Source: a virus | Lineage: Duplodnaviria; Caudoviricetes | IMG/VR virus record: IMGVR_UViG_3300032287_003123 | Span: 1,147-65,146 of that record | Reading direction: 5' to 3' (one strand) | DNA length: 64,000 bases | Shown: positions 9,458 through 19,385 of the stretch, piece by piece | Position numbering within the stretch: position 1 is the stretch's first letter | Layout of the letters: each line of letters opens with the position of its first letter | The notes under the pieces: generated by a model | The model's database searches: none | Told to the model about the DNA's origin: nothing | The model's input: only the letters and a program-made list of their open reading frames with translations | Translations under genes and position numbers: made by a program

Positions 9458-9882
9458 GTTTAACGGTTATTTTGTCAGTTTGTCTTTTTTCAATGTCTGT
9501 TGCTTATCTTACATCAGTATATAATTTTAATAAACTTCGTTCTAGACATCAAAAACTTTTTATTGAGATGATGGTTCTTGAAAAAATAGTAAATGAATCT
9601 GAAGAATTAAAGATACAAAGCGATGAAAGTGTTCATAAGGAAAACTTTATTAAATTTTTATCTGATTCAAGAGATTGGGCCTATAAATATATTGAGGATG
9701 TACAGTCTGGGCTAAGCAATTTTATTGTTACCATTGAACCAGAAATTAAATATTTTAAAGAGTTTGGTGGTGTTCTTGGTGAAAGTGCTCCAAATTATTA
9801 CTCTATGAAAAAAATAACAGAAGAGTATGAAAAGTTAAAAACTTTATTACCAAAAGAAGAAAACACAAATTATGAAAAATAA
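9454..9882 (+). CDS. membrane-anchored hypothetical protein
   Basis: probable start ATG 9454 overlapping previous stop; N-terminal hydrophobic helix. Confidence 0.55.
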   Translation: MSLTVILSVCLFSMSVAYLTSVYNFNKLRSRHQKLFIEMMVLEKIVNESEELKIQSDESVHKENFIKFLSDSRDWAYKYIEDVQSGLSNFIVTIEPEIKYFKEFGGVLGESAPNYYSMKKITEEYEKLKTLLPKEENTNYEK

Positions 9883-10603
9883 AAAAGTATTTTTTGTTCC
9901 TAGAAGTCAGATTGTTTCCGATATAAATAGGTATCCACAACCATCCAAAAAATATATTCCTGAATGGTATAAAAAAATGAGTGGATCTTATAAAGAAAAA
10001 AATGGTTTCTTAGTTCCTGGACCTAAAAGTTGTATGCCATTTTTAGATTCTTTTACAAGTGGCTATACAATGGAATTGGCAACAGATGTTGTTATTCAAT
10101 ATAACGGAAAAGATCCTAAAACAAACAGAGATGACATTAGTTATACTTGGGCTGGTGGTGGTAATAACCTTACGGAAAGACCTATAACAACAAGACAAGA
10201 AGAAACTGATTCACCTTTTGCTCTTCCAAAGTTTGATGGATACTATGATACAGAATTTCAATGGTATACCATGTGGGATACAAAAACGCCACCAGGGTAT
10301 AGTACCGTATATCATCATCCGAATAATAGGTTTGACTTGCCGTTCCACACCTTTACTGGAGTAATAGATACGGATACCTGGAATGGTGATGGTCCAATTC
10401 CATTCCTACTAAAAGAAGGTTTTGAAGGGGTTATTCCAGCAGGTACACCGATTATACAGTTTACCTTCATTAAAAGAGAAAACTGGAAATCTGAAGCATT
10501 AGAGTTTGATCAAAAGAAAAGAAGAAGAGAAAAACATATGGTCAAAAGACATATTATGAATGGATACAAAAAAGAACATTGGAAAAAGAAAGAGTTTGAT
10601 TAA
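9872..10603 (+). CDS. dUTPase-fold-like paralog 1
   Basis: PEWYK, KSCMPFLD..GY, TPPGYS, GVIDTD, GTPIIQ. Confidence 0.6.
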   Translation: MKNKKVFFVPRSQIVSDINRYPQPSKKYIPEWYKKMSGSYKEKNGFLVPGPKSCMPFLDSFTSGYTMELATDVVIQYNGKDPKTNRDDISYTWAGGGNNLTERPITTRQEETDSPFALPKFDGYYDTEFQWYTMWDTKTPPGYSTVYHHPNNRFDLPFHTFTGVIDTDTWNGDGPIPFLLKEGFEGVIPAGTPIIQFTFIKRENWKSEALEFDQKKRRREKHMVKRHIMNGYKKEHWKKKEFD

Positions 10604-10604
10604 T

Positions 10605-10763
10605 ATGAAAGAAATACTTCTATCAACATTAACAGGTTTTGGATGTGGCGTAGTATTTGCTGCATTCAAATTGCCAGTACCAGCACCACCAGTTTTTGCG
10701 GGAGTCGCAGGAATTATTGGTTTATGGATTGGCTTTACAGTTATAACTAATATAATATCCTAG
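10605..10763 (+). CDS. XapX-domain (DUF1427) small membrane protein
   Basis: G..FAAFKLPVPAPPVFAGVAGIIGLWIG. Confidence 0.8.
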   Translation: MKEILLSTLTGFGCGVVFAAFKLPVPAPPVFAGVAGIIGLWIGFTVITNIIS

Positions 10764-10774
10764 GAGGAAAATAT

Positions 10775-11053
10775 ATGAATGAACAAATTAAGGCACTACT
10801 AGCATCATACGGACGATCAGTCCTTGGTGCAGGCCTTGCACTATACATGTCTGGGGTAACAGACCCTAAGACTCTTGCTTACTCACTATTGGCTGCGCTT
10901 GCGCCAGTTGCATTGAGAGCACTCAACCCTAATGATAAGGCGTTTGGTCGTCTTCCAGATGTAGCAGAAGTTGATGCTGCAGTTAAGAAGGCAACCGTTA
11001 AGAAGGCTCCTGTCAAGAAGGCTGTCAAGAAGGCTGCACCAAAGAAGAAGTAA
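10775..11053 (+). CDS. holin-like membrane protein with Lys/Ala-rich tail
   Basis: two hydrophobic segments, LNPND..FG motif, KKA repeats. Confidence 0.5.
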   Translation: MNEQIKALLASYGRSVLGAGLALYMSGVTDPKTLAYSLLAALAPVALRALNPNDKAFGRLPDVAEVDAAVKKATVKKAPVKKAVKKAAPKKK

Positions 11054-11060
11054 TTCTTTA

Positions 11061-11095
11061 GGGAGGGATATGCTTATCTAGCCTATCCCTCTCTT
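11061..11095 (+). terminator. intrinsic terminator-like hairpin
   Basis: GGGAGGGATA...TATCCCTCT followed by pyrimidine tract. Confidence 0.55.
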
Positions 11096-11097
11096 TC

Positions 11098-11829
11098 TTG
11101 GGTAATATTATGTATATATTTCAAAATCAAATTAAACCTAAATCTAAAACTGCATTAATAATGTGTACATACATTAGGTTAAAAAACATGCCTAAATTAT
11201 TAACAAAAATACAATTACAAACAAAAAAAGATTTTGATTTTTATATATCCAATAATGCAGAAAATCAAGATGTAAAATTGTTAAATTATTTTAAAAAATA
11301 TGGTTCAGATCTTGGAGTAAATGTTTATGTAAAAAATTATAATAATTTATATAAACAGTTTTCAAGGTTTTATATGGCAAAAGAATTAGCGATGCAGGGT
11401 TACGAAAAAATAATATTTGTGGATGATGATGAAGTTTTACCTTCTTCTTTTATTCAAGACTGCTATAACCAGTATGACCCAAAACATATAAAATCATTTT
11501 ATGCACATAAATTTGAACATGATTACTGGGAAAAGGTAAAACTTAAGGATGGTGAAACTGGAAACTATGCTGGAACTGGTGGTTTGATATGTTCTGCAAA
11601 GTTGTTTCTTGATACAAACTTTTTTAAATGTCCAGAAGAATATTATATAATTGATGATCTTTGGCTATCATATTATGTTTTAAATTTTACAGACTATACA
11701 ATATCTTTACTTAATACTGATATACAATTTATACATGACGATAAGGGAACCTTTAAAACTTTGCATGAACTTAAAAAAGATTTTTCAAATAAATATATAC
11801 TAAAAATAAAAGAGGCACATGATGATTAA
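11098..11829 (+). CDS. GT-A fold glycosyltransferase
   Basis: IIFVDDD DxD motif, GTGG, DDLWLS. Confidence 0.7.
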   Translation: MGNIMYIFQNQIKPKSKTALIMCTYIRLKNMPKLLTKIQLQTKKDFDFYISNNAENQDVKLLNYFKKYGSDLGVNVYVKNYNNLYKQFSRFYMAKELAMQGYEKIIFVDDDEVLPSSFIQDCYNQYDPKHIKSFYAHKFEHDYWEKVKLKDGETGNYAGTGGLICSAKLFLDTNFFKCPEEYYIIDDLWLSYYVLNFTDYTISLLNTDIQFIHDDKGTFKTLHELKKDFSNKYILKIKEAHDD

Positions 11830-12526
11830 TTTTGGATCTTTATGGATTGGTAATCCACTAAGCAAGGTAGAGCAAACTGCTTTATCATCAATAATTTATC
11901 ACGGTCATTCCATTACCCTATTTGTTTATAATATGGATCTAAAAGTTCCAAAGGGTGTCGTAAAAGCAGACGCTAATCAATTTATACCTGAGTCTGATAT
12001 TTTCAAGGTACAGAATTCTTACGGACCATTTGCAGACATTTTTAGATACAAGATGATAAAAGAACTAGGACTGATATGGACAGATACAGACTCAATATGC
12101 TTAAGATCTGATTGGGATTTTGGAGACTACATATTTGGTTTTGAAGAACCTGGAAGGCTGTCAAACAGTATTCTTGGAATGCCAAAGGATTCTGATCTTA
12201 TTGACATGATGCTGCTGGGGGCTAATAAACAGGACAAAGATAAGATAATTTGGTCTGAAATTGGACCAGACTTACTTACAAAGGCAACAAAAAAACTTAA
12301 TTTGACAAAGCATGCACAGCAGCCAGAAGTTTTCTACCCAATACATTTCTGGCAATGGAAGAAGATTTGGCTTAAGGATTATGCTAAAGAGGTAGTTAAT
12401 ACATGTCAAAATGCACATACATTGCAGGTTTGGAATCAATTTTTAAATAGAGAAGGAATTGACAAGAACAAGTTACCTAAAGGATCAGCAATAGAGTATT
12501 ATCATAATAAATTTGTTATTGATTAA
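11819..12526 (+). CDS. alpha-1,4-glycosyltransferase-like (GT32 DxD family)
   Basis: SLWIG, FADIFRY, WTDTDSICL, IGPDLLT. Confidence 0.8.
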   Translation: MMINFGSLWIGNPLSKVEQTALSSIIYHGHSITLFVYNMDLKVPKGVVKADANQFIPESDIFKVQNSYGPFADIFRYKMIKELGLIWTDTDSICLRSDWDFGDYIFGFEEPGRLSNSILGMPKDSDLIDMMLLGANKQDKDKIIWSEIGPDLLTKATKKLNLTKHAQQPEVFYPIHFWQWKKIWLKDYAKEVVNTCQNAHTLQVWNQFLNREGIDKNKLPKGSAIEYYHNKFVID

Positions 12527-14024
12527 ATATGTGTGACATGTTTATGTATTCTCCTGATTGAATAGTAGAATCCATTTCGTAAATATCACATATATTATTT
12601 AGACCGTACCTAATAGAGTAACCACTTAATTTTTCGTTATAAAATAACCAGTGATCAATCGGTCCATTAACTGGTTCTTGAACTTGCTTTAATAACTTTT
12701 CTACACCATTTTTGCTCACTATGTAACACAAGCAAGACCAAGACTGATATACCTTTGTAATATTTTGTTTTCCAACATCAAGAAGTTTTTTTTGTGTTTT
12801 TGCTCTACGATTCCCATAAGAGGGAATATATACTGTAAAAAAGTCCCAGTTATCTGGAAGTTCAGAAATATAACCAGATAGTTTTTGGTTAAAGTCTTTA
12901 TCTAGAACTATGTCATCTTCCATAAGCATAAGCATTTCACGTCCAGACTTTGCAAAATTTTTCCATGCTGAATAATTGCTTGCCCATATTCCAAGTTCAC
13001 CAAATCTCCATCCACGTTTTTCCCAGCCAAGTGGATCAATTTTAATTGCTTCACCATTAAAAAAATTCTTTACATCTTCTTCGTTTTTGATTATGATTGT
13101 TGGAGTTTCAATCTTGTCAAAGTTATCCAATAATTTGTCTGTTGCTCTTTGAACAAGAATTGACCTTCTCTTTAGTGAATCTGTGTCTCCATTAACATGA
13201 AAAATATTAAATACTAGATCAATATTTCCTTGTTTCTTTCTTTGAAGTCCATTCTTAACATCAAAAAAACTTTCTTTGGGATATTTTTTTGCATTTTTTT
13301 CCCACCAAGAATCAATATTATTCTTAGATCTTTTATGAAATGATTGATGATCTAGATTAATTGCATTTTTTGTATCAACAAAATGAGTAAATATTGGCAT
13401 TGAGTATGCTGTTCCAAGGTTATACAGTAAAACATCTGCTGGTTTATCCTTGTACTTACCTACTGTAAACTCATACTTTCCGTCAATTAAAAATGTATTT
13501 ACTATTTTTTCGGCATAAGATCTTTTAATTATATAGCATGCTGTTGACCATGCATATGGATAAACATCCTTACGACTATACTTTTCTTTTTCATGCATAT
13601 AAAACTTAACATTATTTTCTTTAATCATAACTAACTGAATAATGTCAGCATCCTTTGGCATATTTTCCATAAAATAATCCCAGTCCCATTGCCAATATTG
13701 GACAGTATCAAAGGTACAGTCATCTTCCATAATGATCCCATACTCTTCAGTGGAATCTTCTATCCAGGTCTTTATGGCGGTTATATGGGAGGCTAAGCAC
13801 CCTATCTCTGCTGGCCTTAGTTTGGGGTAGGCTCCATATACTATGCCTCTTAAATCGTCTTTACGCCCATCTACAGCCTCTATTACCTTATAGTTGGTAA
13901 CACCATACTTCATAAACTCTTTTTTAATGTTGTGAAGTCTTTTAGTTTGGTCTGGAAGATTAATTAAATAAACAGGGCCAAAGTTTTGCATTTTATTCAT
14001 GTTTGCGTATCCATACTTGCTCAT
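12516..14024 (-). CDS. tandem double GT25 glycosyltransferase
   Basis: YLINL...EAVDG...EIGCLASH...IMEDD, and a second GELGIWASN...LMEDD domain. Confidence 0.82.
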   Translation of the reverse strand: MSKYGYANMNKMQNFGPVYLINLPDQTKRLHNIKKEFMKYGVTNYKVIEAVDGRKDDLRGIVYGAYPKLRPAEIGCLASHITAIKTWIEDSTEEYGIIMEDDCTFDTVQYWQWDWDYFMENMPKDADIIQLVMIKENNVKFYMHEKEKYSRKDVYPYAWSTACYIIKRSYAEKIVNTFLIDGKYEFTVGKYKDKPADVLLYNLGTAYSMPIFTHFVDTKNAINLDHQSFHKRSKNNIDSWWEKNAKKYPKESFFDVKNGLQRKKQGNIDLVFNIFHVNGDTDSLKRRSILVQRATDKLLDNFDKIETPTIIIKNEEDVKNFFNGEAIKIDPLGWEKRGWRFGELGIWASNYSAWKNFAKSGREMLMLMEDDIVLDKDFNQKLSGYISELPDNWDFFTVYIPSYGNRRAKTQKKLLDVGKQNITKVYQSWSCLCYIVSKNGVEKLLKQVQEPVNGPIDHWLFYNEKLSGYSIRYGLNNICDIYEMDSTIQSGEYINMSHIFNQ

Positions 14025-14577
14025 CCATAATCATCAACTTATATTGACCATCAAACTCATTCAAAAATCTATCTATCCCTGGCTTTGGAGAGAGCATGAT
14101 ATTACCAGAATCATGCCTCCATTGATAGTCATCAAATGCCATAATCCCATAAGGTTTTAGCAGGGGCCAACTTAAATAGGCATCTGTATAAACACCTTCT
14201 GCAGTGTGATCTCCATCAATATAAATGAAATCATAATGTTTTTCTTCAGCATTTTTTAAAAAATCATCAGAACGTGACTTCATCTTGCAGACATTTTTAT
14301 AGTTTGACATACGATCATCATAGAACTGTTCAAGTTCATCCCAATCAAATTCTTTATGTGCTTCTTCTTCCGATCCAGACCAAGTGTCAACATCAGTTAG
14401 CCAAGAAGTTTCATGTGTAAGTATATTATCTAACATCCACTTTGATGCATCACCAGTATACGCACCTATCTGTAGAAAATCTATTAATGGTTTTCCTGCA
14501 AATCTTTTTGGAAGGGCTAATTTAAAGTAGTCAACAGCAGCAAGTTCAAACCAATTTGGATACCCCATATATTCCAT
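13993..14577 (-). CDS. class I SAM methyltransferase (Methyltransf_24-like)
   Basis: LQIGAYTG, YDFIYIDGDH, FDDY. Confidence 0.82.
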   Translation of the reverse strand: MEYMGYPNWFELAAVDYFKLALPKRFAGKPLIDFLQIGAYTGDASKWMLDNILTHETSWLTDVDTWSGSEEEAHKEFDWDELEQFYDDRMSNYKNVCKMKSRSDDFLKNAEEKHYDFIYIDGDHTAEGVYTDAYLSWPLLKPYGIMAFDDYQWRHDSGNIMLSPKPGIDRFLNEFDGQYKLMIMDEQVWIRKHE

Positions 14578-14608
14578 TATACACTATTGAGCGTGATATA
14601 CTTATATC

Positions 14609-15190
14609 ATGTCAATTAAAAACCTAATATCTCAAGATCAATTAAATAATGCAAAATTATATTCAACCAAATTTGAATTTATTAAGCACATTCCAAAAGG
14701 TGGTCACATCTTAGAGATTGGCACTCTTGGTGGAGATTACGCAGAACCATTGCTTGCAGCAAAGCCAGCAAGCCTTGACCTTCTTGATACATTTGAGTCA
14801 AGGGATTGGGAGGGGTCCAATAGGTTTAATGAGATCACCCATTATGAATACATTAAAGATAAATTTAAGGATAATCCAGAGGTATCCCTTTTGCGGGGTC
14901 ATACAGACAAAGTTCTTCCTAGCATTAAAAAGAAATATGACTACATATACATAGATGCAGATCATAACTATGCTCAGGTCAAGAAAGACCTTGATAATTC
15001 ATACAAATTAATTGCTGATGGTGGAATTATAGGCTTTAACGATTACATTTATGATGACAGATATTATAATGTATATGGTGTTATTCAGACTGTTTGTGAA
15101 TTCCTGGATGAGCATATAGATTGGCATGTTATTGGGTTTGCACTACAAGAAGAGATGTATGCAGATATTTATATTCAAAAAATACACTAA
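14609..15190 (+). CDS. class I SAM methyltransferase (Methyltransf_24-like)
   Basis: LEIGTLGG, YDYIYIDADH, GFNDY. Confidence 0.82.
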   Translation: MSIKNLISQDQLNNAKLYSTKFEFIKHIPKGGHILEIGTLGGDYAEPLLAAKPASLDLLDTFESRDWEGSNRFNEITHYEYIKDKFKDNPEVSLLRGHTDKVLPSIKKKYDYIYIDADHNYAQVKKDLDNSYKLIADGGIIGFNDYIYDDRYYNVYGVIQTVCEFLDEHIDWHVIGFALQEEMYADIYIQKIH

Positions 15191-15215
15191 TTTTTATATT
15201 ACAACATAGGATATA

Positions 15216-15791
15216 ATGGTAGTTATGGCTGATACATATACCCCAAATTCTGGCATGAAGGCTGCCGCTAGACGTGCTTTAAAATGGAAAGAAGATGGCA
15301 AGGCAACTGGTGCTGGAACTCCTGTAGGATGGGGAAGAGCAAGTGATATTGTTGCAGGTAGATCAATGTCTCTTGATACAGTTAAGAGAATGTATTCTTT
15401 TTTCTCCCGTCACGAAGTAGATAAAAAAGGTAAAGACTTTTACAATACATCTAATCCATCTAATGGTCGTATCATGTGGGATGCATGGGGCGGAGATGCT
15501 GGGTTTTCATGGTCAAGAGCAATTGTAAACAGAAATAAAGAAGCATCTGATCTATTTATTAATTTTGGTAAGTTTATTCCTGGAGCAGAAAGACTAACAG
15601 AAGTTTTTGATTTATCTAAAAAAGAAAATTACGGTGGTGTAATTGGAAACAGAAAAGGTGAACCAGCAGACAAAGAACTGTATGCAAGAGTAATTGCAGC
15701 AGCGAAGAAAAAGTTTAAGGTTTACCCATCAGCATACGCTAACGGCTGGGTAGTGCAAGAATACAAGCGCCGTGGCGGAACATATAAATAA
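15216..15791 (+). CDS. conserved phage protein (head-associated-type domain plus basic C-terminal domain)
   Basis: TVKRMYSFFSRHE...WGGDAG; C-terminal SAYANGWVVQEYKRRGG. Confidence 0.55.
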   Translation: MVVMADTYTPNSGMKAAARRALKWKEDGKATGAGTPVGWGRASDIVAGRSMSLDTVKRMYSFFSRHEVDKKGKDFYNTSNPSNGRIMWDAWGGDAGFSWSRAIVNRNKEASDLFINFGKFIPGAERLTEVFDLSKKENYGGVIGNRKGEPADKELYARVIAAAKKKFKVYPSAYANGWVVQEYKRRGGTYK

Positions 15792-15794
15792 AAG

Positions 15795-15866
15795 TACCCC
15801 TGGCAGGACTTGAACCTGCGACCTACACCTTAGAAGGGTGTCACTCTTCCACTGAGTTACAGAGGT
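15795..15866 (-). tRNA. tRNA-Arg(UCU)
   Basis: anticodon arm ACACC-CTTCTAA-GGTGT; GGTTCAA T-loop; acceptor stem pairs. Confidence 0.9.
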
Positions 15867-15867
15867 T

Positions 15868-15942
15868 TGGAGCCTTCTGTCAGGATTGAACTGACGACAT
15901 CTCGCTTACAAGGCGAGTACTCTACCACTGAGTTAAGAAGGC
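15868..15942 (-). tRNA. tRNA-Thr(UGU), CCA encoded
   Basis: CTCGC-CTTGTAA-GCGAG anticodon arm. Confidence 0.92.
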
Positions 15943-15943
15943 G

Positions 15944-16015
15944 CATCTCCAGAGAGAATTGAACTCTCGTTTACACCGTGAAAGGGTGTTGTCCTAACCA
16001 CTAGACGATGGAGAC
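15944..16015 (-). tRNA. tRNA-Glu(UUC)
   Basis: ACACC-CTTTCAC-GGTGT anticodon arm. Confidence 0.9.
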
Positions 16016-16016
16016 T

Positions 16017-16092
16017 TGGCTGGTCTGGCAGGCTACGATCCTGCGACTTCCGAATTAACAGTTCGGCACTCTACCAACTGAGTTACAGACCA
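16017..16092 (-). tRNA. tRNA-Asn(GUU), CCA encoded
   Basis: CCGAA-CTGTTAA-TTCGG anticodon arm. Confidence 0.9.
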
Positions 16093-16096
16093 ATAG

Positions 16097-16170
16097 TACA
16101 ACAGGTAGGACTTGAACCTACGATAACCGAATTATGAGTTCGGGGCCTTGACCAACTTGGCTACTGTTGC
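16097..16170 (-). tRNA. tRNA with CAU anticodon (Met or Ile2)
   Basis: CCGAA-CTCATAA-TTCGG anticodon arm. Confidence 0.85.
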
Positions 16171-16333
16171 TTGTTAATTATATTATATCCTGCATTATCT
16201 AGGTTGTCAACTATTGCATTAACAATAACTTCATAATCTATTTCCATAATAAAATGATTTTCTATCTTGTGCATGTTTATTGCAGTTGGTGCATGATGTT
16301 GCAATGATTTAGATATTATTTCTTTATAATCCA

Positions 16334-16597
16334 TTATTTACTCTTTGGCTTAGGGTTTCTGCTTTCAATAAGTTCAATTATTCTATCAAGACCTTCAGAG
16401 TAAGTCATTGCATCATCTTTAGCCCAAAATAAAGTACCATCTTCATTAAACGAACTGCCCCTGTATTCAAGATATTCTTTTTGTATTTGTTTTATTATGG
16501 TAACTAATTGTTTTCTTTCCCATTTAACTGCTTTTTGACAGCCACTACATGGACAGGCCCAATCTCCACGGTCAGGTGTTTGATTTGGATCAGCCAT
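16334..16597 (-). CDS. hypothetical protein
   Basis: ORF with CPCSGC. Confidence 0.55.
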   Translation of the reverse strand: MADPNQTPDRGDWACPCSGCQKAVKWERKQLVTIIKQIQKEYLEYRGSSFNEDGTLFWAKDDAMTYSEGLDRIIELIESRNPKPKSK

Positions 16598-16660
16598 TAT
16601 CTATCATGCTTTCCATGAACATAACCAACAATTATTCCACAAATAAAACCTATTACAAGG

Positions 16661-18220
16661 TCAATTACTTCCACTGTTTTCCTCCTCATATTTTTTAAAA
16701 ATTGTATTACCAATTATCATGTAATCTATTGGAGAACTATAAAATAAATCAATTGCATTTTCAGGATATCCAGCAATTGGTTTTTTATTAACATTTAAAC
16801 TAGTATTTAAAATTATTGCACATCCCGTAATATTGTAGAACTCTTCTATTAGTTTTCTAAAATAGCCATCATCTTTTTCAACTGTTTGTACTCTGCAAGT
16901 ATTATCAACATGTGTAATTGCAGGAAAATCATTTACAATAAAATTATTTGTGAATAACATATAAGGATCTTTATTTTCAAACTCAAAATAATCTTTTATA
17001 TTTTCAGACAAAACTGAAGCACCAAATGGTCTATAAAACTCTCTGTTTTTTACGGTGTTTATTATTTTTTTCCCATCTTTTATTCTGGGATCCATTAGTA
17101 TAGAGCGGTTCCCCAATGCTCTTGGCCCAACTTCTCCATGTTCTTGATACCAACCAACTATTTTACCTTCAGATAGTAACTGTGCAACCATTTTAATTGT
17201 TTCATCAGTGGGTTTGTCTTTTGGTGCAATATCATTTTGGCAGTAAGGAAAGTTTTCTAGTTTAAACTTTGGTAAATTATTTAACTGTCTTAAAAGTTCA
17301 ATTGCTCCTAGGCTTGTTCCTTCATCACTTGAATGTGGAGCAACAATAAGGTTCTTAAACTTATTTAAAATTTTTGTGTTCCATACAACATTTTGAGCCA
17401 CACCACCAGAATATGAAACAACATCATCGGTATCTGCGTATTCTAAAAATAAATTAACTATTAAATCTCCAACTGCTTCATGAACCGTTCTAATCCAATC
17501 AAGTTTATTGTGTGCAGCAAGTAGCAGATCGCCTTTATGTTCAATCCATCTTTCAAAATTAAAAATCTGATTTACTTCATCAATTGAATATTCTTTTGTT
17601 TTGTTTAAAAAATCATTATCTACTTTTCCATAAGACTGCAGCCCCATAATTTTTCCAGCGTTATCATGAATATTATTAGAATTAACTCCAAGCATCGGTC
17701 CAATTTCACCCATAGTAAGACCAATAGATCCGTTTTCTATTCTTCCATACCGAACAATTTTGTTGTTTTTAAATACAGTATAGGTTCTTCCTTGACCAAC
17801 TCCATCAATAACTATTTTTGTTGATGGCAAATTATTTTCATCTTCTAGCATCCAAGTTGACATAGCATGAGCATAGTGATGATTTAAATGCCATAACTCT
17901 TTTACTCCATGAACCGCAAACATATTTGCATGGTCTGGAACTTTATAATAGTTTTTGTTATAATCTCTTAAGGCCTCAAACCCATCAGGCTCTTTACCAC
18001 CATTAAACTTTGTGGCATCATAATCAATTGCTACTTGATCAATTTCTTTAATTTCAAAGTTAAATAATTTTTCAGCATCTTTTATGATTTCCCAAATTGT
18101 TTCATACCAAAAATGTTTTTCTTGTTTTGTTCTTTCAAATTTATGATAATATAGTTTTTCTCCATCAAAATAAGAAACATTGTTATCGTGATACATCAAA
18201 CTAATACCCAATAACTTCAT
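16661..18220 (-). CDS. carbamoyltransferase (NodU/CmcH family)
   Basis: HHYAHA, IDGVG, GKIMGL, SGGVAQN, GPRALGNRSIL, RPFGAS, LNTSLN. Confidence 0.92.
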   Translation of the reverse strand: MKLLGISLMYHDNNVSYFDGEKLYYHKFERTKQEKHFWYETIWEIIKDAEKLFNFEIKEIDQVAIDYDATKFNGGKEPDGFEALRDYNKNYYKVPDHANMFAVHGVKELWHLNHHYAHAMSTWMLEDENNLPSTKIVIDGVGQGRTYTVFKNNKIVRYGRIENGSIGLTMGEIGPMLGVNSNNIHDNAGKIMGLQSYGKVDNDFLNKTKEYSIDEVNQIFNFERWIEHKGDLLLAAHNKLDWIRTVHEAVGDLIVNLFLEYADTDDVVSYSGGVAQNVVWNTKILNKFKNLIVAPHSSDEGTSLGAIELLRQLNNLPKFKLENFPYCQNDIAPKDKPTDETIKMVAQLLSEGKIVGWYQEHGEVGPRALGNRSILMDPRIKDGKKIINTVKNREFYRPFGASVLSENIKDYFEFENKDPYMLFTNNFIVNDFPAITHVDNTCRVQTVEKDDGYFRKLIEEFYNITGCAIILNTSLNVNKKPIAGYPENAIDLFYSSPIDYMIIGNTIFKKYEEENSGSN

Positions 18221-18247
18221 GATTCCCCCAATTAAATGTTTTTGTTT

Positions 18248-18454
18248 TTATGAATTGGTTTGTTCTAAAACCATTCCATCATATTCTATGGTATGGGTGT
18301 TATCTTCATTGTGTACAATTGAATCAACTTCATGAGAGAAGTACCACATTTCTTTACAATCAGACGAAGCGCATCTGGTTAGAAACCAAACCTGCTTTCC
18401 ATCTTTTTGTACTCCGTCTGTAAAAACTATATCATCTGGTAAATTATTATTCAT
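18248..18454 (-). CDS. hypothetical protein
   Basis: ORF track; TGGTATACT just upstream. Confidence 0.5.
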   Translation of the reverse strand: MNNNLPDDIVFTDGVQKDGKQVWFLTRCASSDCKEMWYFSHEVDSIVHNEDNTHTIEYDGMVLEQTNS

Positions 18455-18469
18455 ATATACAGTATACCA

Positions 18470-18694
18470 TCATTCTTCCTTGAAGACTTCATTTTTCCCT
18501 TGAACAATAGAACGGCATGCCTCAAACGCTTTGCGTGTTCTGCGACTTTTCAAGAATCCTTTGCGTTCCCAGATTTGCTGGGTAAATAAAATATCTTGAT
18601 CCATTTGGTATCTTATTTCTTTTACCGTAGTAACAACAAGATCCATTATTTTTGTTTTTTGTTCTTCTGTTAGTTCTTCTGTCCAGTCTACCAT
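18470..18694 (-). CDS. hypothetical protein
   Basis: coupled ORF. Confidence 0.55.
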   Translation of the reverse strand: MVDWTEELTEEQKTKIMDLVVTTVKEIRYQMDQDILFTQQIWERKGFLKSRRTRKAFEACRSIVQGKNEVFKEE

Positions 18695-19383
18695 TGCTTC
18701 TTCTTCCAGTGTGTGTTTTTATACCATCCCAAAAAAACTGTATTTGCTTTTTCTGTGTTTTTAAATCCTTCTTCTAATATCTTATTGTTTTCTTTTAATT
18801 CCCATTTTTCATTTTTAAATGGTATTAGTTGTGCAATTGGGGTTCCTTGATGTATTACTCCCTCAAAGTTTTCTTTTAAAAAAAACGGAATACTTCCATG
18901 AGGTGCTAAAACATAACCACCCTCAAGAACTCCACTTAGTGTATAAAAAGGAAGATCGTTTCTGTTTAATGGGTGTGTAAACAAAATACTGTAGTCTTTA
19001 GGAACAGTAAAGGATCCAAAAGTTTTCCACACCCAATGTTCGTTAGAGTATCCATGAGGCACTGGCAAAAAGGGATTACTTTGTGGATTTCTTTGATCTA
19101 CTAACTGATCTCTATTTCTCCAAAAAAATGCCTGCTTGCCATTTTTAATAGAAACCATTATGTCTGCAGGTAAAAGTAAATGATATCCAGTTGTGATTGC
19201 TTCTAAAAATGGTGTACAGGCCTTAAATGTTCTGTCGTCAACTTCTGAAAACTTTCCACTTAAAAATTTTGGAGTTTTCTTGTACCAGTCTGGCACAGTT
19301 GCAGATGCCTGCTTTACTGTTGGAAAATCATTTTGAACTATAGAAGCATGCTCAAATGTTGGTTTATCTTTTTTAAATATCAT
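18688..19383 (-). CDS. dUTPase-fold-like paralog 2
   Basis: PDWYK, TFKACTPFLEA..GY, HPLNR.DLPF, GTPIAQLIPFK. Confidence 0.6.
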   Translation of the reverse strand: MIFKKDKPTFEHASIVQNDFPTVKQASATVPDWYKKTPKFLSGKFSEVDDRTFKACTPFLEAITTGYHLLLPADIMVSIKNGKQAFFWRNRDQLVDQRNPQSNPFLPVPHGYSNEHWVWKTFGSFTVPKDYSILFTHPLNRNDLPFYTLSGVLEGGYVLAPHGSIPFFLKENFEGVIHQGTPIAQLIPFKNEKWELKENNKILEEGFKNTEKANTVFLGWYKNTHWKKKQW

Positions 19384-19385
19384 TA

